This document shows positions 1-12,600 of a stretch of 64,000 nt of DNA, piece after piece. Positions within the stretch are counted from its first letter, which is position 1; each line of letters begins with the position of its first letter. The translations under genes and the position numbers were made by a program. The DNA lies in contig NC_045696.1 in assembly GCF_009834535.1 (NCBI RefSeq), positions 6,202,001 to 6,266,000 on the forward strand, written 5' to 3'. Below the pieces are notes generated by a model, which worked only from the letters and a program-made list of their open reading frames with translations, did not search any database and was not told the origin of the DNA. Origin of the DNA: Camelus ferus (taxonomy: Eukaryota).

Positions 1-457
1 GTGTGTGGTGCTTTGTGCCGGGTAGGGAGTGCTTTCTCCGACACCATTGGCCACGCAGTCCCGGTCACCCATGGGCTGACGCACGGGACACCAGCTGTGT
101 CTTACCCTGACTTCCCGGGACTTCCTTCTGTGAGGGGAGAGGGTTGTGCTGTTTGCCTCGGTGGTGACGCTTGGAAGGGTGAGGCTCTCCTGGATGGCAG
201 GGAACGCTGGGGCACTTTTAAACCACAAGTAACAGAGCAGCCACATTTGTTGTCACCAGCTGCCTCAACCGTCAGGCTGCAAGAGGACGAGGGCCCTGAA
301 TCTCTCAAGGTCCCATTGTCCAGAGGTGGCCTTCTAGCTCATTCTGGGTTCTAAAGTCTAGTGCCAGCCATGCCTCCTGGGCCCTGGTCCACAGTCCGTT
401 CTGCACCCGATGCTGGCAGGGTGAGGGTCAGGGTGCACACAGACCACAGACAATCCT

Positions 458-971
458 TGTGAAGGTGATTTGTATGTTCCCATCAAAAGCAGACTTGAGA
501 CAACGGTTTGGGTTCAAGCAGTTTATCTGGGAAGTGGTCCCAGCAGGGAAGAGTGAGAGAGTGGGGAAGGGGGACCAGGCATTGGTTTGCCACCACCCTC
601 ACCCAATGAAAATTGATTTCCATTGAGGGGCAAACCAACGAAGAGAATAAAACGTGATTGGGGGGTTGGTTACTGGGCCAGGGGCCATAGGGGCCCAGTC
701 CCCTGTGTCTCTATGTCTTTGAGCTGGGACACTGGTCCATCACCTGCCATCCCTCACGCTTGAGCACTGGACCTTTGTGCATTCCCGGCACTCCTGGGCT
801 GCCTCGCACAAGGGCCGAGTGAGCTCTGGGGGCCCCAGAGAAGGTTTCTCAGAGCATCCAGAGATACTTGGACAGAAACTGAGGGCAGGTGAAGAAATGG
901 TCCACCACCCTGCAGGTGAGCTCAGAGGGGCCAGGTGGGGTCCAGGGCAGGGCGCTGACTGCACTGCTCAC
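458..971 (-). mobile_element. Old ERVL-class solo LTR (LTR33-like)
   Basis: Contains aagcagacttgagacaacggtttgggttcaagcagtttatctgggaagtggtcccag and ends gcaggtgagctcagaggggccagg...gcgctgactgcactgctcaca, resembling the LTR33/LTR16 group from memory. Boundaries approximate. Confidence 0.55.
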
Positions 972-3504
972 AAGTAGCACCAGGAGGTGAGTTAAGTCAC
1001 AGCGAGTGCTCCGTGCGATCTGGGACGTGATGCTAAAGGCCCGTGAACCCACAGACATTTGGAGCGCTGTGCTCGGTGCTACAGAAATGAAAATGGTAGG
1101 CTGTGCAGAGGCAGAAAGGTTGGGGAGGACCCTGGGTAGACGAGAGCCTTGTGTAAGAAAGTGATGGGCACAAAGCCCGAAGGAAAACCTGGACCCAAAT
1201 TGTGGGAGACCCAAACACCTAGGACAGGGAGTCACAAATAATGCACAGCACAGCTGACGTGCTCAGAGAGAGGTGATTTCTTTCGTGACTCTGAGCTTCC
1301 TCCTCTGCCCCACCTGCTGGTTAGCAGGAAAAATATTTGTTTTATGAGCCGGTCTAGTTTAGAACTCCTAGTCTGGCCCAACAAGTTAAGCAGTTTCCTT
1401 CAGCAGGGTTAGGCCTCCCTGGTCTTCCCCAAATGGTGTCCAGGCGTGTGGGCCTGGGGTGTTCCATGGTGGCATCTCTCACATTCTCCACGGGCAAACA
1501 TCAGTTTCATTTTATTTCGTTTAACAATTTTCCAATGTGCTATTAATGGATATTTGGTAAAATATAAGAAAAGTAAGTTCCTAGGAAACATGAAATGAAA
1601 AAAGACAGATAAAATCCAAGCTCAAATTATCCTACTTAGATGGAGCAGACACAAAATTACTCTGTCGGGTTGCTATAGAAGTTTTCACATGGTCACTCTC
1701 AGTGTCTGGACTTAGGTGACAGTAACGGATTTCTCAGACTGGTACCCATCCAGGGACCACCCCTGGAGTAGCGCTGTCTCCTGGAAGAGCTGAGGTTCTC
1801 AGATGCCACGTCGTCAGGTTTCAGGGTAAGGTCCCTCATTCTCCTGGTTGCCACTCACCCTGCTGGCAACCTGGTGACTGAAGCCTGTGGCTGGTAGAAC
1901 ACTGCTGTCCAGGCCCCTTTGGGGCACCTCTGGGGCTTAGTCGCACCCTCCACCCATCCTACGAGCCCAGAAGTGGACTTCCAGCACTGACAGCGGCCTT
2001 CCCTCACCACAGCAGGACCTAGGGAGCCCGACTCACAACCCACGGCCCAGGGGGTGCATGTGGGGGCCCCTCCGTCTCTTCCAGGCAGGCTCCTTGTCAG
2101 GGATGGGATGCAAGAAGCCCTCTTCTCCACTGCTGGCCCCACCTCCCTGTGTCTCCGTGCGGAAGCAGGAGAAGGCGACAGGGTCTCAGACGTCCTTCTT
2201 CACAACTGCTCCCTCCATCTCGCACCAGCCCGTGGACCTCGGAAGCAGTGGGCTTTGTACTGCCCTCCTCTGCTGGATCCAAACGCCCCCGTGCAATCCT
2301 GATGGCAAAGCAGACTGTCTTCTCTGACACCGTGGGAGGACGCCCCCAGCTGGGTGCCCTGGGCCTGTGCAGGGCCAGGAGTGTGGAGGGTCTTTGAGAA
2401 GGGAGCTCTTGTCTGCTCTGTAATCCTACTTGCGCGTCAGAATCTCCCACCTTCAGTTTCCTCTGCAACAAATCCGAATCCCCCTCCCCCTCCATGAGGG
2501 TAGGTAGATATGGGGGTGAAGAGCTTGCCCTCTGCAAGGCGTGCTCATGATTTCCAAATTCTCACCTGGTGCCACCTAGAGATGCATCTGGAATCCACCC
2601 AATGGGCAAGACGTGCTCCCGAAGGTTGCTGAAGCCGGCTCAGGTGTGACGTGGTGAAGGCTTTTTGGCAAGATGGTGCTTGGTATAGTGCCAGGGGGTG
2701 GAGGGGCGGGCAGGAGACAGCCCCTGTGGCCAGAGGTCATAAAACCTCCAGTGAGAGGCCTGGGCCCTGGGCACAGACGGAGTGGGTGTCTATGGGAGCT
2801 TCCGTGAGTCCATATGGCCCACAGTGACCGCTTAGTTATGGGCCAAGTGACGGCCAAGCGTCAAAGGCCAGTTCTTACTGAGTAATTCTGATCGACTCCC
2901 AGCGCGTGGACGACGCAGTTACAAGAGCCTGTGCTGTGCCAGGGCTGGGAGGGCCTGCTGGGGGCAGGAATTAACTGAGGCTCAGGGTGGGCACGGAGCG
3001 TCCTGGAAGGAGGCTCTGAATGAGAACGGGTGGGAAGCTGGCCACACAGGGACGACTCCCAAGATCTGGCTTTGAACCTTGACTCACTTTGGAGCCCTCT
3101 GAACTTGGAGCGTCTCAGGCCTTGTCACTACTGCATAAGGTGACCGAAAGCCACCTGGATGATAACCACACCTGTCAGAGCTTCGTGAACAGTAGACCAC
3201 GTGAAGGTGGGAAGGGCATTCCAGGAAAAGGGGGCAGAATGAGGAAGAAAGCCCAGGGTCCCAGGATTACGTGACTGGGTGAAAAGTGACAGGAAACACA
3301 GAGAGAGGGCAGTCTGACCGGGCCACGGTTTTAGGGGACAGAGTTCATCTTTCAAGCACATTTTCCAGAATGATCTCATTAGACGGAGACTCTGGACTTC
3401 ATTCTTCATTTAATGACTGTAATTTCAGCAGCTGTGACGGTCAACCCCGGAGGTCCATGCCAACTACCAGGAGAGTTTCAAATATCTGCATCAGTGCCAC
3501 GGTC

Positions 3505-3605
3505 CTCCTGTCCCCCAAGGTTCGGATTCACTTGGTCTGAGGTGGGGCCCAGATGACGGCGCTATTTTAGAAGCTGCCTGGCGAGTTTGAGGTGGAGGCA
3601 GCTCA
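3505..3605. mobile_element. MER5A-like hAT-Charlie fragment
   Basis: ggattcacttggtctgaggtggggcccag...attttagaagctgcctggcgagttt resembles the MER5A core. Confidence 0.45.
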
Positions 3606-3867
3606 GTTCTCCACTCCCGACGGCACTCAAAGGCAAGGAAACGCATTTCTAGAGTATTCACTGCATGGGTTCACAGAAGAGAAGCAAGAAGTGTGAGCTT
3701 AGGGCTTACTGAAGAGGAGTGTGATTTCTAATCGGTGCCCTCAATTAGCCAATCAGAAAGTCACAATGCCAAAAATCAGGGACATAGAGATGAATAACCC
3801 AAATTCTTCCCTGGGAGGTCCTGTGTTCAGCAAATTTGTCTGAGGTCATCCACTCCAGTAGCCTCGG

Positions 3868-3945
3868 TTAACAGATGAAAAAATTCAGGCTTCAATCAAG
3901 AAACTGACTTGCCCAAGGTCACAAGGCTGATAAGGGCTGGATTCC
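3868..3945 (-). mobile_element. MIR SINE fragment
   Basis: acagatgaaaaaattcaggc...tgacttgcccaaggtcaca is the MIR core in reverse. Confidence 0.7.
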
Positions 3946-4824
3946 TGTTCTCATGTGTTCCGCGCCAATTGTCTGTGCATTTTATCTGAAATAGACTTTT
4001 CACCCATTAAAATGATATCAGATCATCCATAATCATAAAATAATACTTCACTCTTCTAGGATACAAAAGAATTTCATTAAGATACTGATTTTCTTTGCAT
4101 CAATGCATTGTTACTCCAATGCCTTTATCAACCCAAAAAAATCCTCAGAAGAATTTGTCACAGTTTTCTAAAAAGGCAACTATTTTTCACACTCGTGAGC
4201 GATCGCACTGATGAAAACGTACATGACAAAATTGTTCTTTAGAATTAGTGTCACGGTATGTACGTGACGCTCACAAGCAAATTGCCTAAGTATAATCACC
4301 AGAAAAGCTGCAGCAAATCTCTTGATGTGCTCTATGTAATTCCATTAAAAAAACACAAATACAGCCTCCCGATCCATTTTGTATAACCTTTGTCACCAGA
4401 GCTCACTGACAGATGTACAATGTGTTTCACATCAACTCATTGTGTGCATTATGCAATTTGATAGGAATTACGCCTTATGCAATTTTATGGAGCAGTTTGT
4501 GGTCACCACGTGTTATTAAGAACTGCTGTGTATCCTGAAGACTTACACTACATCTGACGTCGATTGAAAAAGGGCTTCAGAAAATAAGAGTGTGGCGTAG
4601 AATCAGTGTGTCTAGAAGGTAAAGAACACATACAACTGACTTCGCAGCTGATGATAAAAGGTAATGGTAAGGCTTTGGGGGGTGGGTTGAGGGCTCTCCC
4701 AAGAGAATATACACCTCTGTCCTTTCAGGTTCACTTATGATCGATGGCAGAAGTCAGGGAATGGGATGGTGATGGTGGTGGGGAGAGGGGGACCCAGGGA
4801 AGCTACATTTAGAACCCTAACTCT

Positions 4825-4982
4825 GGGAGGGGGAGGGCATAGCTCAGTGGTAGAGTGCGTGCTTAGCATGCATGAGGTCCTGGGTTCAAGCCGCAGTCCC
4901 TCCATTAAAAACAAAAACAAAAATAATTACTTCCCACAAAAAATTTAAAAAAAAATTTTAATGAAAAAAAAGAAAAAGAAAA
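4825..4982 (+). mobile_element. tRNA-Ala-derived camelid-type SINE (vic-1-like), long form
   Basis: Head gggcatagctcagtggtagagtgcgtgcttagcatgcatgaggtcctgggttcaa (A/B boxes) and A-rich tail. TSD agaaccctaa(c/g)tct at 4811-4824 and 4983-4996. Confidence 0.9.
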
Positions 4983-7974
4983 AGAACCCTAAGTCTAGAG
5001 TCCTCACCCTTGTTCCCCTCCTTTCCTGGTCCTGGATTGCCCCAAGGGAAGGGGGAGCTTGGAATGGGGAGAGCCCATCTAAACCACCTCTGTGATGAAA
5101 AGAAGGTCCTAACTGATTGAGTGGAGGCTGTAGGGGAGGGCGGATCAGGATGCCCAGGGAAACACTGAAGGTGCTCGTGGCGTGGACAATGGGATGTGAC
5201 CAACAGCCAAAGCACATACACTATCTCCTTTCTCAAACCAGGGCTGTCCTCAGGACGGCTTTCCCCCAGGTCTGAGCTCACCCAAGACGTGAAGTGCGTC
5301 AGTGCGGAGAACCTCATTCCAGTACCTCGATGAAAACTGAGTCTGAGACTTCCTCCCGGTGAACATTTACTGCACAGGGGAAAAAAAAAAGATAGGCGAC
5401 CCTTTCCACATTTAACACATGCACACACAGAACCACTAAGCCATAAAGTAACCTCAAAGACGCTCCCTGCAAGGACTACAAAGTCCAGACCTTACAAAAT
5501 GATAACCAGGACTTCATAACTCGTAACTCCACGCACGTGAGATTGCAAGTGGAAGGCTTTTTGAACTGCAGCCTTTACATCCCAGTCCAATCGCTGTCTC
5601 AGCTTTGAAATATACACAATCTGAATTTTATAGGGATTATTTTTTATTATAGGTAAAGCAATTAAATCTCCATCCTGAAGGATGTAAACCTTTTAAGGCC
5701 CTTCTCAGAATATCAAAAGAAAAGGAGGCTTATATTTAACAGGTGTGACAGCCCAATGAAGGACATTTCATTGAACAAGGGCTTGACATTATCCAGTGAC
5801 AAATACTTAAATTAATCCAAAACATCTTTTGGATAAAAGGGATTTCAAAAAGAATTAGGTCAACCACAAAACTTTATATAGAAAGATCATCTAATGTATG
5901 AAATACTTAAAAATCCTAATTCTTGTGGAATGTGTCAAGCGGTGTTTTTATAAAAGTTCTTCCTTTTAAATTATATTTTATTAACTCAGAACGACTGTAT
6001 TTCATATCTGTCCTGTGGCACAAAGAGAGAGTGAGTGTGTCTCCATTTCTTGTATTCTGTTGGCCTTTCAAATGAACTCAATTGATTTAACTAGTTGAAA
6101 TTGATTTCCTACTGTGTCACCTTGATTATGGACCAGATTGAAAGGGATGTTGAGCCAGTAGGTGGGGATTGGATTAGACAATAAGAACTTCCTAACTATG
6201 ACTGCAATTTACAGTCAGTGGGAGACGATGTCCTAACTTTGTAAAATTCCGGGATCGTAAGATTTTTCAACATTAATAACCTCAGCTTTGTAGTAGGCTT
6301 AGTATGTGCTTTTTTGTCTTCTATGAAATTCTCTCTCCTTTCTCCCCTCCCCTCTTCATCCCCGTCTCTGCCCCCTTTCCCTCCCCTCCCCCTCTCTGTG
6401 CAGTGTATTTTGGGGAATGGGAGAAGCGTAGCAAGTGGGTGCCCCAAATGAGACTGTTTCAAATATTGTGGTTTTTCTGAACTCATTTTTATCCTGTTCT
6501 CAGTGATAACTTAGACTGTTGCAGTCATGTTCTACTATGAAAGTACAGTTCTTTATTCATAAAGCATGCTCTTTTGACGGCAAACGTAGTATTATTTTCA
6601 GCATTGTTCTCTATTACTAGAATATTCGGTACTAGTGATGCTGTTGAAGGGACTTTGCTAGGGGAATGCAGCCTTATAGAGCAGTCATTGCTGTGGACCC
6701 CGGATTTCATCGAATAGGTTGAGAATCTGTTTACTTTAAAGCACTCCCCTAAATGATAACAGTGCTTCTTGTGGTGAGTTTTGGACATGAGTATCTAAGA
6801 GGAAGATTTCAAAATACAGTGAGTTTTCTTGGATCTGGAATATTTGGAGACTATTTCTAAAGAAAAGGAACCAAAATATGCAATTGATAGTGAAGGGGAG
6901 AGACAGGTGAATGGCAACATTTTCACTTCTGTGTTGCTGGTGAGGAGTCAATTTTGCAAACAATGACCGGAGCACAGATTGTAAAAACTGACATGACCCT
7001 TTTACTAAATAGGCACGTTTTAATATTCATGCTGCTTTTTGTGCCATGACCTCAGAAAGAAAAGGACTGCATGCTTCTCAGAAACTTAATCTGTTTTCAA
7101 TACTTGTTTTTATTGGTATCTTCTCTTGGCCACCTGTGGCGAGGTGGGTTTGCATCCCGTCTAGCACGGTGTGCCTGTTTGTTCAAGAAATTTCCTAGGA
7201 ATGCATCTGTAGTTTGTGAAGGCTGTCCATTTAAAAGAGAAACACTTCCTTGGAGAGTTTGTAATGGGAGGTTCTCCTATCAAAGATCTCACTCTGGCAT
7301 CTCTAGGGTTAAAGAACGTCTCAGAATCTATAGGTCCTGGAGAAGGCGGTTTCTAAACTCAGCTGCTTAGATCCATCCTATTTTTTTCCCCAGCAAACAG
7401 GAAATGGAGCCCTGACGGCTTTTTTTTTTTTTTAAACTGGAAAGTGCGCGGGGAGGGGGCACCCTCATTATGCCCACTTACAACTCTGAGCCTGACCCAG
7501 ACTTGGGGGTCTCTGTGTGTTTTTTCTTCCCTCTCTCTCTCTTTTTTTTCTTTTATTTTGGCAGACTTTTTGGAATGTCTGGGAGCTAAGGGCTTTGCTT
7601 CATGGAGCAGAATTCTGAAGCAAGAAAAAGAGAAAGTTATAGACTAAACCACAGAAATGTAAACACGTCTGCAGCTAAAATAACTCCACTTTCATTGAAA
7701 ACACTCCTCCTTCACAATCAGACTTCTGTGTGCTATGGTCAATAAAACTGCATGTTAATAGCGACCAATTAATAGATTATGTTGCCCGGCCTTAAAAGTT
7801 GAGGGAGTTTTAATTATTATTTTTCAAATTAAAGGAGTGCTTATTCCCTCCCTTCCCTTGGGGTTGGGGGGGACTTAGCTTTCTTTCTGGCTGTTTGCTG
7901 AAATTCTTGGCTGTTAAAGTTTGGAGAGAGAGGGACATGAGTAGCTTTCACTTGGTTGGAAAGGGGAGAGTCTG

Positions 7975-9620
7975 CGAGCGGACGCTCTGGGATGGGCTCC
8001 TAGCCATCACGCAGGGACGCCGCGATGGCCCCCGCGGGACATGAGTGAAGAGCAGCAGCACTCAGGTAAGCGTGATTTTAATGTCAGAATTCACTTATGA
8101 ACTACAGCATCTGGAGGGGCTTTGCACAGTGTCCCCCAGGCGGATGAGCCCAACTTTGAGACTCTTCCTTTTGGAGGCAGTATCTTGAGGACACTATTCT
8201 CACGAGGGCTGCTGTCACCGCGTCTGTCCGTCAGGCCGGGGTGTCTCCTGGATTTCGTGGCATCCTCCAGACCGCACCCTGCTCCTCCTGAGCCTCCCCC
8301 ATCCCGTCCCGACGCTCTCTCTGGACGCGCAGGTAGTGACTCCGGGTCTTATTAAAGCCAGCGGCACCTGGCACCGCGTCTCTTCATTAGCCTGAAGGCG
8401 ACAGCATCTTTATTCTGATCAGCATCGAAGGCACTCGGTGGTCATTTTAAACTCCCGAAACAACCAGTTTTAGCTTAAAATTTTTTTTTTCATGTGTGCA
8501 ACGACCGAGGTTGGGAGGGAAAATTTACTTCTCGGTGAGTTCCGTAGAGCAAACACCTCTGCGGCTGCCCCCACCTCCCTGTCCCTCCCCGCCCCTCCCC
8601 TCCCCTCGCCTGCTCTCCGGTCCTCGCTCCTCTCCCCTCCTGGAGGCGCGTCCTGGGTTCGTCTCCCGCCGGGGTCTGGACTCGGGCTCACTGCGTCCCA
8701 GCCTGCGCTCCTCCTCCTTCTCCTCCTCCCCTTCTTCCTCCTCCTCTTCCTCCTCCGAGCCGCCAGCCGCGTCCTAAACCCGAGCAGCGTCCAGAGCCGC
8801 CCGCGCCGCCCGCGCTCCCCGGCCCGAGGGCGCGCTCACGGGCACGCGCGCTCGCAGCCCCACGCGCGCGCGCGGACATCCACGCGTACCTGAACCCGCG
8901 CTCTAGCGCGCTCGTAGCCCCCGCGCCCTGGGGCCCGCGCGCCCCCGCCCCGCCCCCGGCGCGCACTCCGGGATCGCGAGTCGCGCGTCGGGGCGGCCGC
9001 CCTGCTCGGCGATTGGCGGGAGCCGCAGCCTCCCGGAGGCCGGCGCCCACACCATGGGCTGAGCCCGTCGGCGCCCAGGGAGTCAGTGCCGCCCGGTTCG
9101 TCGCCCACGGCCAGGCACGCGCTCGGGCACACGCGGGCGCGGACACGCGCGGACACCCACGTGCGGGACACGACCTCCCCCGACGGCGGCGCCGGCCTCC
9201 GGGTAAGTCCCGCGCCCCGCGCGCCCTGCCCGGCTCCCACGCCGGCGGCGCCGGCGGCGGGGACGGTGGTGGCGGGGTGGCCTGGCTCTTCCGACGGCGG
9301 CTCGGGGGACAGGTGGGATGTGTGACGCTGGGAGGGACGGCTCGTCATTGCCCGGGTCCTCAGAAGGCGCGCGCGGTCGGGGACGGATGGAGGGGAGCGG
9401 AGACCCGGCCAGCGGCGCGGGCCGGGAAAGCAAACCGCGGGGCCTCGTCTGGGGCATCCAGCAAGAGGTTATTTGTGGTCTGGAATGGAAATAAGGGTTG
9501 AATTAAAGCCCACGCTCGGCTGAAAGTAGAGACCAGGTGCGGGCTTGGCTGTCACTGCGGGTGGGTCGGCCTGTGCGGGGACTCGCCCTCCGACGGCGCT
9601 CTCGCCGCGCGCTCGCAGAC
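7975..9620 (+). promoter_or_regulatory. CpG island promoter of an unidentified + strand gene (core ~8560-9620)
   Basis: Very high GC and CpG density against CpG-depleted flanks. GC boxes ccccgccccgcccc at ~8942-8956, reverse CCAAT (gattgg) at 9011-9016, E-box CACGTG at 9158-9163, and + strand splice donors. Confidence 0.9.
9040..9202 (+). other. Probable (non-coding) first exon; 5' end approximate
   Basis: Consensus donor CGG|GTAAGT at 9202/9203 inside the CpG island, downstream of the GC and CCAAT boxes. No long ATG-initiated ORF enters the donor. Confidence 0.6.
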
Positions 9621-12600
9621 CCGGGCTCCGTCTCCGTTTTTTCTACTTTTCTGCCTTTTCACCTTCTGACACTTCAGCCCGCAGCTGCTATGTTGATGTG
9701 TTTTACAGTTTGCCACGGATTGGCAAACTTGGCATGTTTAAAAATGCAGCGTGTATTTTTAAAAAATCAGCTAGCCTTCTTGGTTTCTGACTGAAATCCG
9801 TCATCCATTTATCACGATTTCATATTGGATAGACGTTTCACAAAAGGTACTGCATAGATTTACTTTTAACATATTAAAGCGTAAGATTTAGATGTTATTA
9901 ATAGCAGACTAACTGCCCAATAAAATGGATAAACAATTTCAATGCAGATGAGAGCTTAATACAATTCTTCGTTGATATAAAGATCATTTCGTTTATTCTT
10001 CAAAAGAACACATTCATCTGTGCCACAGATTTCCCACCCTGCGTGTTTCTGGAGCTTCTGTAGTTCAGAAAACTTTCAATGTGAATATTTATTTTTATTT
10101 TTATTTTTATTTTAGTCTTCCCTGGGTGACATGCATAGAGCACAGTTTATTTACCACTGGGGCTATTTTTGAGTATTTTCAATTCTGTCCAAATAGTTTA
10201 GCGCCTTTAACCGGGCTGGGCTCCCCATCACCTTATCACCCAGAGAACTGGCACATTCCTGGGATTAACCCTTGCTCTGCCAGCAGCAGCCTACGCTGGC
10301 TCTTCACCAGTAGGGAAGACCAGGCAATAGAAGTTCCATTAAAACCCAACCAGATAAATTAACTCACCGTGTGCCAAATTATGAATAAGCCAATCATTGC
10401 CGCTGAAATTACAATGCTAGCGGAAACAGGGCGAGCTGTGCAAACTTGTGGCTAATACGCCAAGTTTTTTAATTCCAAAGAAAGGCTTTGGGAATGCTAA
10501 CGCATAACAAATGCTGTTTGCGGTTTGGTAGCCCTGGCTGCCATTTGAGTCAGGTGACTTTTGGAAATTAAACTAGCAAATGGGTATTACATCTTTTTGA
10601 GTTATTTGCTTAGGAATATATAATTCCAGTTACACTTCAAATTTCGGTTTCGTCGCTCTTCTAATACTTTATAATTGCTTCATTTTATTTTTAAAAATTC
10701 AAGGGAGAATTGTGAGATATTATTTTCCATGTATCTGTTACTGCATAATGAATTCTTAGCGATTTAATCTGATGTGCCTTCTTTAGCTAAATTTTTGAAA
10801 ATTCTTGTTTCCCATTGGCTGGATTATGTTATAAGGCTGCATGTACATGTGTTTATAAACATTCCCCCCTCCACTTCTTCTGTTTTGTTTTGGCATTAAG
10901 GAAAAATCGTGTTGAATTGCTGATCTCTTAAAAATCAGATATTTTATTTGTGGTAAGAGCTGAGATCCCAATGGAGTGCCAGTTACATAAGTTAGATGTG
11001 AAGCATTTCCGAAAGATGTCAACATTGATTCTTAGCTTACATACTGTATTCAAAAATGTTATATATTGTGCATCTGTGGAATATAGCATATCTCGTAAGT
11101 AGGTAATAGTAAACTTTCAGCTTAAAAAAAATTAATATTAGCTCTGATATTTTTTCTTGTTAGCTGTCCTTAAACAGCAACCAAAAATAATAAAAAGGGG
11201 GGTTCCTTTCTTCACAAGACAGAGGAGCTAATGTTTCTAAAATCTTCCTGTTCCCCAGTGAAAAGCCATAGCAGGTCAGCCTCAGTCGTATGATAGAGAG
11301 GATGGGGAGACACTGTCACGTTGAATAAATGTTAGTGTTGCCCGCTCTTCCACAGAACTCCATTCAAGAGGTGTCAACATAGAGACACCTACATGCTTCT
11401 AATGAGATTGCTGGAGCCTGGGACGCAAGATGTGGTCCAGGCAGCCTGGATCAGAAGGAGGTCGTTATGGGCAGAATCCCAGCGTTTGATGCTGCGAGTC
11501 AGTTCTCGGTTTAAGCTGGGAGTCAGTCTCTCTAAATGCAGGTCTCTTTGTCACCTCCTGGCTTTATCACCCTTAGCTCCCCAGGCAGGCTTTTCTAGTG
11601 AGGAGGAGAAGGCAGAGGGGTCTCGTCTTCTTTCCCCAGTGTGTAAGGGTACTTGGGCATTCCCTGGAGGGTGTTGTCCTTCAAAATACAGCCTTTGTTT
11701 ATGATCTGCACCTTGAATTGGAAACTCTTCAAACCTTTGAAGTAGCGTCTGTAAGAAAAACAAGCTGATGCATCAGAGGTATTCAAAGATTTTGGACCCA
11801 ATTTCAGAAAATTCTGATACCTAGTGGCAGCAGTGGGAGCTGGAGTTTTGGGGGGACTTTGAAAGTCCCTGCAGTAGTTGGTGCTCCTCACCCATGGGGT
11901 CTGCCAGCCCCCCTGTATTGTTGGTATCATGGTAGCATCTTCATTGGTACCTGTTCGTACCCTCACTTGTACCCTCACAGTTGTCCTTTGTATGTTGTTA
12001 ATAAACACCTCAACACATCTGTGGATTCAAAACAGTTACTCTGTAGATAAAAACAACAGAAGTTTCCAAGGGCTGGACTATCTTCGGAACCACTTTTTCA
12101 AAATAACCAGCGGGAGATGTTGTCCTTCTGACTTTTTGCCTTTTATTCTAAACATTTTTGTGTTGAAAAGAGAGAGGATTTGGTGCCTCGTGTCTGTAAC
12201 ACTGCAAATCTAGGGAAGGCAGTGAAGGCGGGTGACCTAAAATTACTCGGCTAAATTTAAGTGTAAGTAAGATGTAGACGACACCAAGTAATTAAAGGGT
12301 GCATCTCAAAACGGAGCACTGGCTCTGAGCTTCAGAGTTAAACTAACTTTTAAGTTTCTTCTATTTTTATAGTGGCATGTCATAATCTGGAAGACCCTGA
12401 TTGCGTATGAGAAACAGTAATTTAACAATGAAAGTAAGGGGTTCAGTTACCCTGACTCAGTGCACATTCTGAAGCTTGTGCGAAGGAAGTTTAGTATGGG
12501 CGCGTGAGAAGACTGAAATAGCCTTAGTGTTTTGTAAAATCCGCCTTTTGAATTAATTTGTTAAAATCATAATCCTAGAGAACTAGATGTGAGGTCTGAT

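Noticed and set aside
8470..9501. Overlapping 120-170 aa ORFs in the CpG island
   Set aside because: Low-complexity Arg/Ala/Gly/Pro frames on both strands are expected from stop-codon scarcity in GC-rich DNA. No recognisable protein.
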